Assembly (NCBI GenBank): GCA_903948045.1 | Contig: CAJAXU010000530.1 | Span: 1-40,587 of the forward strand | Length of the DNA stretch: 40,587 nt | Origin: an uncultured beta proteobacterium | Lineage (GTDB): Bacteria; Pseudomonadota; Gammaproteobacteria; Burkholderiales; Burkholderiaceae_C | Direction of reading: 5' to 3' | In this document: positions 36,006-40,587 of the stretch, piece after piece | Layout of the letters: each line of letters begins with the position of its first letter | Position numbering within the stretch: the first letter of the stretch is position 1 | Notes under the pieces: generated by a model | What the model saw: only the letters and a program-made list of their open reading frames with translations | What the model was told of the DNA's origin: nothing | Databases searched by the model: none | Translations under genes and position numbers: made by a program

Positions 36006-37664
36006 TCAAGCCGGACTGCGCCGCGACGGCAAAGCCGCTTCCACCGTGGGCAAGTCCACCATCACCGGGGAGCCGGGCACGGTGCAGCCGGTGTCGCAGC
36101 ATTTGCCGGGTTGCCGGTTCTGGGTGATGGCGCGCTGGGGGTCATGCGGCGCGGGGGCCGGGGAACCGTCGGCGGCGATGCCGCGTTCCAGCAGGCGCTC
36201 CACCAGCTCCACCTTGGAGCCAATCGGGTAATTGCGGTAGATCTCCTGCTTCATGGCGGCGGGCGAGCCGCCGCCGTGCAGGCTGATCACCGAGTACCAG
36301 CCCCCCTGGTAGCCGGCGGTCAGGTCCTCAATAAAGCGGGCGGTTTCAATGCGCTGCGCGTAGGGCACGTCGGGGTTGGCGCGCAGCACCTCGCTCAGTT
36401 TGGCGCTGGTCTCGGGGTTGTGGTCTTCGTCCGGGCCGGGTAGGGTGACGATCAGGCCGCCGCTCACATAGTGCGCAATGCGGTGCATGTCGTAGATCTT
36501 GGTGGCCAGAAGCAGCTTGCCGATGTTGGCAAACACGGCGTCGGGCATGAAGGTCTGGCTGTAGCTGTCGGCCTTGCCGTACACGCTGGCGGCCACACCG
36601 CAGGCAAAAAAGCTCTCTGTGATGGTGATCAGCTCCACCATTTGTTCGCGCAGGTGGCTTTCCCGGCCCGGGTCAAAGCCGTTGGCCTCGCACATCAGGG
36701 CACCAGCGCCAATCAGTAGGTCGCCAAAGCCGGCGCGTGCGCCGATGCAGGTGTGCCGGTGGTGGGTGGCGTAGTTGTAGGTGAGGTGGCCCGAGTGCTC
36801 CCACTCGCCGGCGTAGAAAACGTTGTCCATTGGCACAAACACGCGGTCAAACAGGCACACCGCCGTGCTTTGGCCATACTTGCTGCTGAACAGCGCAGCA
36901 CCGTGCTCGGGCTCGCCGGGGCGGCCGGCCGGGCGGGCGATCAGGGTCAGGCCCGGCGCGTCCACGGGCACGGCGCAGCACACCGCAAAGTCGGCGTCGG
37001 CCTGCGTCATGTTGCGGCAGGGCATCACCAGCAGCTCGTGCATATAGGGCGCCCCGGTGACGATGGCCTTGGTGCCCGAGATCAGAATGCCGCGCTGGCC
37101 GTTGTGCAGCGCGTTGCGGTCCACGATGTGCAGGTAGCTGTCCACCTCGGGTTGCTGGTGCGGGCGCTTGCTGCGGTCACCCTTGGCGTCGGTCATGGCC
37201 ACGCCCAGGCTCAGGTCCTGGTCCTGCACGCGGTGCAAGTAATTCAGAAAACGCGCAGTGTGCTCGGTGCTGCCTTTGGCATCGTCCAGCCGCGCCGCCA
37301 CCTGGCCGATGGCGTTCAAGGCGTCATGCGTCAGGTAGCGCTGGGCGCAGCCGGTTTCCTGGCAGACCAGGCGCACGGCTTCGAGCTTATTGAGCAGGTC
37401 GCCCGCGCTGGTGTTGATGTGGCTCAGGCGGTTGACGGTCTTGCCGCTGCTCTGCTGCACGGCCGTCATCAGCCGGGCGTACTCGGGTTTGTGGGCGTAG
37501 TCGTAGGTCAGCGCCAGCGCATTGATGCCGGGCGCAAAGCCCGGCTCGTCCGCCACCGAATTCACCAGCCGCCCGTCCAGGTAGACCCGCGGCCGGTAGG
37601 CGCGTAGCGACTCGCGGTAGTCATCGCCAGTCATCAGCAGGGCAGTGGGTGCGGGCAGGTTCAT
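36006..37664 (-). CDS. 4-hydroxybutyryl-CoA dehydratase (AbfD)/HpaB-family flavoprotein with a divergent active site
   Basis: LMTGDDYRESLR, AMTDAKGDRS, GTKAIVTG, FDRVFVP, GGLIVTLP and SLHGGGSP are colinear with AbfD as recalled. Start ATG 37664 with a GAGGAA RBS. Confidence 0.85.
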   Translation of the reverse strand: MNLPAPTALLMTGDDYRESLRAYRPRVYLDGRLVNSVADEPGFAPGINALALTYDYAHKPEYARLMTAVQQSSGKTVNRLSHINTSAGDLLNKLEAVRLVCQETGCAQRYLTHDALNAIGQVAARLDDAKGSTEHTARFLNYLHRVQDQDLSLGVAMTDAKGDRSKRPHQQPEVDSYLHIVDRNALHNGQRGILISGTKAIVTGAPYMHELLVMPCRNMTQADADFAVCCAVPVDAPGLTLIARPAGRPGEPEHGAALFSSKYGQSTAVCLFDRVFVPMDNVFYAGEWEHSGHLTYNYATHHRHTCIGARAGFGDLLIGAGALMCEANGFDPGRESHLREQMVELITITESFFACGVAASVYGKADSYSQTFMPDAVFANIGKLLLATKIYDMHRIAHYVSGGLIVTLPGPDEDHNPETSAKLSEVLRANPDVPYAQRIETARFIEDLTAGYQGGWYSVISLHGGGSPAAMKQEIYRNYPIGSKVELVERLLERGIAADGSPAPAPHDPQRAITQNRQPGKCCDTGCTVPGSPVMVDLPTVEAALPSRRSPA

Positions 37665-37851
37665 GGCGTTTTCCTCGGGTTGGTTCCAAACACAATCAGG
37701 CCGCCAAGGGCTGATGGGCCTCATTATTCAACAGCAATGCATCAGGATTTTCGATCCGAGCGGCTGCGGCGCCTGCCAGCATTGTCAGGCCCGAGCCATC
37801 GTGGTATTTTCGGGATTACTCAGCAATTTTTTGTAACTTCGGAGAAATGCA

Positions 37852-38607
37852 ATGGACCTTGGACTCAAAGGAAAGCGTGTGCTGGTCACTGGCGGCAGCA
37901 AAGGGATTGGGCGGGCGGTGGCCGAGGGCTTCGCGGCTGAAGGCGCCCACGTCTCGGTGTGCGCCCGCAATGCCGCAGAAGTAGACGCCACAGTGGCTGC
38001 GCTCAAGGGCATGGGCGTCAAGGCCTGCGGTCAGGCGCTGGATGTGGCCGATGCCGCTGCACTTGCCAAATGGGTGGCCGACAGCGCGGCTGAACTGGGT
38101 GGCATAGATGCGCTGGTGTGCAACGTCAGCGCGCTGGCTGTTGGCGATTCTGCTGAGACCTGGGAAAAGTCTTTCCGGGTCGACATGATGCACAGTGTCA
38201 ATGCGGTCGCGGCGGCCGTGCCATTTCTGGAAAAATCGGCCAGCACGTCGATTGTGCTGATTTCCAGCGTGTCGGGCTTCGAGGTTGATTTTGCTGCCGG
38301 ATCCTATGGTGCCATCAAGGCCGCCTTGATCCATTACGGCAAAGGCCTCAGCCGCCAGCTTGTGGCCAAGGGCATACGCGTCAATGTGGTGTCGCCTGGC
38401 AACACCTATTTTGACGGTGGCATCTGGCAGAACATCGAGAAAAATGTTCCCGATCTTTACAGCTCCACCCTCAAGGTCAATCCCACGGGCAAGTTCGGCA
38501 CGCCGCAAGAGGTGGCAAACGGCGTGGTGTTCATTTCCAGCCCGGTGGCGAGCCGCATCTCCGGGACCAACCTGGTCATCGATGGCGCCCTGACGGTCGC
38601 GGTCTAG
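37852..38607 (+). CDS. Short-chain dehydrogenase/reductase
   Basis: Motifs TGGSKGIG, ISS, YGAIK (YxxxK), IRVNVVSPG and IDG. GGAG RBS. Confidence 0.93.
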   Translation: MDLGLKGKRVLVTGGSKGIGRAVAEGFAAEGAHVSVCARNAAEVDATVAALKGMGVKACGQALDVADAAALAKWVADSAAELGGIDALVCNVSALAVGDSAETWEKSFRVDMMHSVNAVAAAVPFLEKSASTSIVLISSVSGFEVDFAAGSYGAIKAALIHYGKGLSRQLVAKGIRVNVVSPGNTYFDGGIWQNIEKNVPDLYSSTLKVNPTGKFGTPQEVANGVVFISSPVASRISGTNLVIDGALTVAV

Positions 38608-38616
38608 GAGCAGGTC

Positions 38617-39573
38617 ATGAGCGGCCACCACCACCACCACCATCAGCACACCATCCACCGTGAGCACATCCATCACGGTTGGAACAACGCGCTCACGCCC
38701 GCTCTGAGAATCGCACCCGGTGAGAGCATTCAGTTCGAGACCCTGGATGCCTCTTCGGGTCAACTCAACAAAACCTCCACGGCACAAGACCTGGCCAAGC
38801 TTGACCTTGGCCGGGTCAACCCGGTGACGGGCCCGGTTTACATCGATGGTGCCCAGCCCGGCGATGCACTCAAAGTCACGGTGTTGTCGTTTCGGCCGTC
38901 GGGCTGGGGCTGGACCGGCAACATACCCGGTTTTGGGCTGCTGAGCGATCAGTTCCCGGATGCGCACCTTCACCACTGGCACTACGACCCCAACCTGGCC
39001 ACCTCAGTGATGTACGGCCCCGGCGGACGCGTGCCACTCAAACCCATGTGCGGAACCATCGGCGTCGCACCAGCGGAGCCAGGTCTTCACAGCATCATCC
39101 CGCCCCGCAATGTGGGCGGCAATATGGACATCCGTGACATCGCCGAAGGCACCGAGTTGTACCTGCCGGTCGAGGTCGTGGGCGCCATCTTTTCGGTGGG
39201 TGACACCCACGCGGCGCAAGGGGATGGCGAGGTTTGCGGCACGGCCATCGAAAGCCCGATCGACGTGGCGCTCAAGTTTGAACTGATTAAGGGGGCCAAT
39301 CTGCGCATGCCCCGGTACGTCACGCCCGGACCGGTGTCCAGACACCTCGACAGCAAGGGTTACGAGGTGACCACGGGGATCGGCCCCGACCTCATGACGG
39401 GCGCCCGAATGGCGGTGTCAGAGATGGTGGAGTTGCTGAGTCGGCGCTACGGCTACGCGCCGATTGACGCCTATATGCTGTGCAGCGTCTGCGCTGATTT
39501 GCGCATCAGCTCCATTGTCGATATGCCCAACTGGGTTGTCTCCTTCTACTTCCCCCGGGTGGTGCTGGAGTAA
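38617..39573 (+). CDS. Acetamidase/formamidase-family protein with N-terminal His tract
   Basis: Motifs NPVTGPVYIDGAQPGD, GGNMD, SVGDTHAAQGDGEVCGTAIE and AYMLCSV. AGGAG RBS. Confidence 0.92.
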   Translation: MSGHHHHHHQHTIHREHIHHGWNNALTPALRIAPGESIQFETLDASSGQLNKTSTAQDLAKLDLGRVNPVTGPVYIDGAQPGDALKVTVLSFRPSGWGWTGNIPGFGLLSDQFPDAHLHHWHYDPNLATSVMYGPGGRVPLKPMCGTIGVAPAEPGLHSIIPPRNVGGNMDIRDIAEGTELYLPVEVVGAIFSVGDTHAAQGDGEVCGTAIESPIDVALKFELIKGANLRMPRYVTPGPVSRHLDSKGYEVTTGIGPDLMTGARMAVSEMVELLSRRYGYAPIDAYMLCSVCADLRISSIVDMPNWVVSFYFPRVVLE

Positions 39574-39605
39574 TTGCCGTCTTGGCCGGCAGGTGGCTGG
39601 GCGCA

Positions 39606-40160
39606 TCACCAGCCTGCGCTGCCGGGGCCGCCCTTGAACGGCCCCACCAGCTCCGGTGTGATCCAGCCACCATAAAAGCCGCCGGGCTGCGCCCGCACCG
39701 GCTCGCCCCCCACGGTGCATTGCAGCGCCTCGGGGTAAAAGGCCACGCCATCGGCCAGCGCCTCGGCGCCAGCCAGTGGCTGCGGGTAGCTCCAGGCCAC
39801 CTTGGGCAGGCGGCGAGATCCATCGGCCAGGGTCCAATACTGCGCCGGCCCTTTCCATTCGCAGACCGATCCACCCCCCGCCGGCAGCAGCAGGTGCCGG
39901 GCCACATCGGCCCACGGCAGGTAATAGGTGGGTGGGTGCGAGGTCTCCAGCACCAGGATGGCCCGGCTGCTGCGCGCCACCTCGATCGCGCCCCAGCGCA
40001 CCACCACCTCGCGTGTATCAAAGGCCAGCTTCGGCGGCCGCGGGAAATCCCACACCGACACCTGGCCGGGCCCGGGTACCGCTGCAAAGGCGGGGCGCGT
40101 GGCGCCGCGCCAAGTCCAGGCATCGCGGGCGGCCTGCGCCCATTCGGGGATATTGCTCAT
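39606..40160 (-). CDS. DUF427 domain protein
   Basis: Motifs SVWDFPRPP, VLETSHPPTYYLP, CEWKGPAQYW, AWSYP, VAFYP and PGGFYGGWIT..LVGPFKG. Confidence 0.85.
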   Translation of the reverse strand: MSNIPEWAQAARDAWTWRGATRPAFAAVPGPGQVSVWDFPRPPKLAFDTREVVVRWGAIEVARSSRAILVLETSHPPTYYLPWADVARHLLLPAGGGSVCEWKGPAQYWTLADGSRRLPKVAWSYPQPLAGAEALADGVAFYPEALQCTVGGEPVRAQPGGFYGGWITPELVGPFKGGPGSAGW

Positions 40161-40169
40161 GGCGCCATG

Positions 40170-40587
40170 CTACCCGGACGAGAAATCAAACCCGAGTTGT
40201 TGGCTGCTGGCTGCGCTGGCAGCTTTGGCTTTTTTGCGCGCAGCCGGTAGTTTGCGCGAGGCGTGTTTCTCCACAACGGCGGCTTTGCCGGCCTTCACTT
40301 CCGGGGTTTGCCGCAGTGCGTGCAGCCGCTGCTTGGCGTCGCGCGTGGCCGAGGCCAGGTCAACCACAGGCTGGGGCAGGCTGCTGTAGGCTGGCGCGGG
40401 CATCAACCAGGGCTCAAATAGCCAGCTGTCCGAGACATTGCGCATGGCCGGCAGCCAACGCCGCACAAACTTGCCATGCGGGTCGTGGTCCTGGGCTTGT
40501 TTGACCGGGTTGTAAACGCGGGTGGTGTTGATGCCCGTGGTACCAGATTGCATTTGCAACTGGCTCCAGTGGATGCCTGGCTCGTAA
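40170..40587 (-). CDS. Cryptochrome/DNA photolyase FAD-binding domain protein, C-terminal part (truncated by the window edge)
   Basis: YEPGIHWSQLQMQSGTTGINTTRVYNPVKQAQDHDPHGKFVRRWLP...EPW. Confidence 0.85.
   Translation of the reverse strand, partial: YEPGIHWSQLQMQSGTTGINTTRVYNPVKQAQDHDPHGKFVRRWLPAMRNVSDSWLFEPWLMPAPAYSSLPQPVVDLASATRDAKQRLHALRQTPEVKAGKAAVVEKHASRKLPAARKKAKAASAASSQQLGFDFSSG

Noticed and set aside
37816-38982. 388-aa minus-strand ORF
   Set aside because: Antisense shadow of the SDR and acetamidase genes.
1-40587. Prophage, IS element, tRNA/rRNA or known multi-gene defence system
   Set aside because: I recognised no phage, transposase, recombinase or structural-RNA signatures. 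Small ncRNAs or riboswitches cannot be excluded without a covariance-model search.

Overview
This is a high-GC betaproteobacterial chromosomal segment. The host is probably Comamonadaceae (Rhodoferax-like), inferred from protein style and a dispersed intergenic repeat. It holds about 36 intact or partial CDSs, mostly accessory catabolism and transport. I saw no rRNA, tRNA, CRISPR array, integrase or transposase. Main blocks: (1) a GntR/UTRA regulator divergent from a translationally coupled operon of sulfatase, PLP lyase (D-cysteine desulfhydrase/cysteate sulfo-lyase family) and aldehyde dehydrogenase; (2) aroE, a TIM-barrel isomerase, an MCP and an MFS transporter; (3) a lone AAA_14/DUF4143 ATPase-nuclease behind a 35-bp palindrome; (4) a choice-of-anchor-I lipoprotein with a canonical Pho box; (5) two alpha/beta hydrolases; (6) an orphan mqsA whose mqsR is reduced to a scar; (7) a flavin oxidoreductase, AhpD-like protein, GMC oxidoreductase and TauT-type ABC module; (8) an AbrB-type antitoxin with an internally deleted vapC; (9) an 11-kb GntR-controlled cluster of Ldh_2, Fe-ADH, ALDH, enolase and peptide-type ABC genes; (10) a 4-hydroxybutyryl-CoA-dehydratase-like protein with replaced Fe-S and catalytic residues; (11) SDR, acetamidase, DUF427 and a partial photolyase. 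The best leads are the remodelled AbfD-like enzyme, three catabolic clusters of unknown substrate (possibly organosulfur), the Pho-regulated lipoprotein, and a repeated pattern of genes collapsed by internal deletions. Family assignments come from motif recognition and recalled reference sequences, not database searches.
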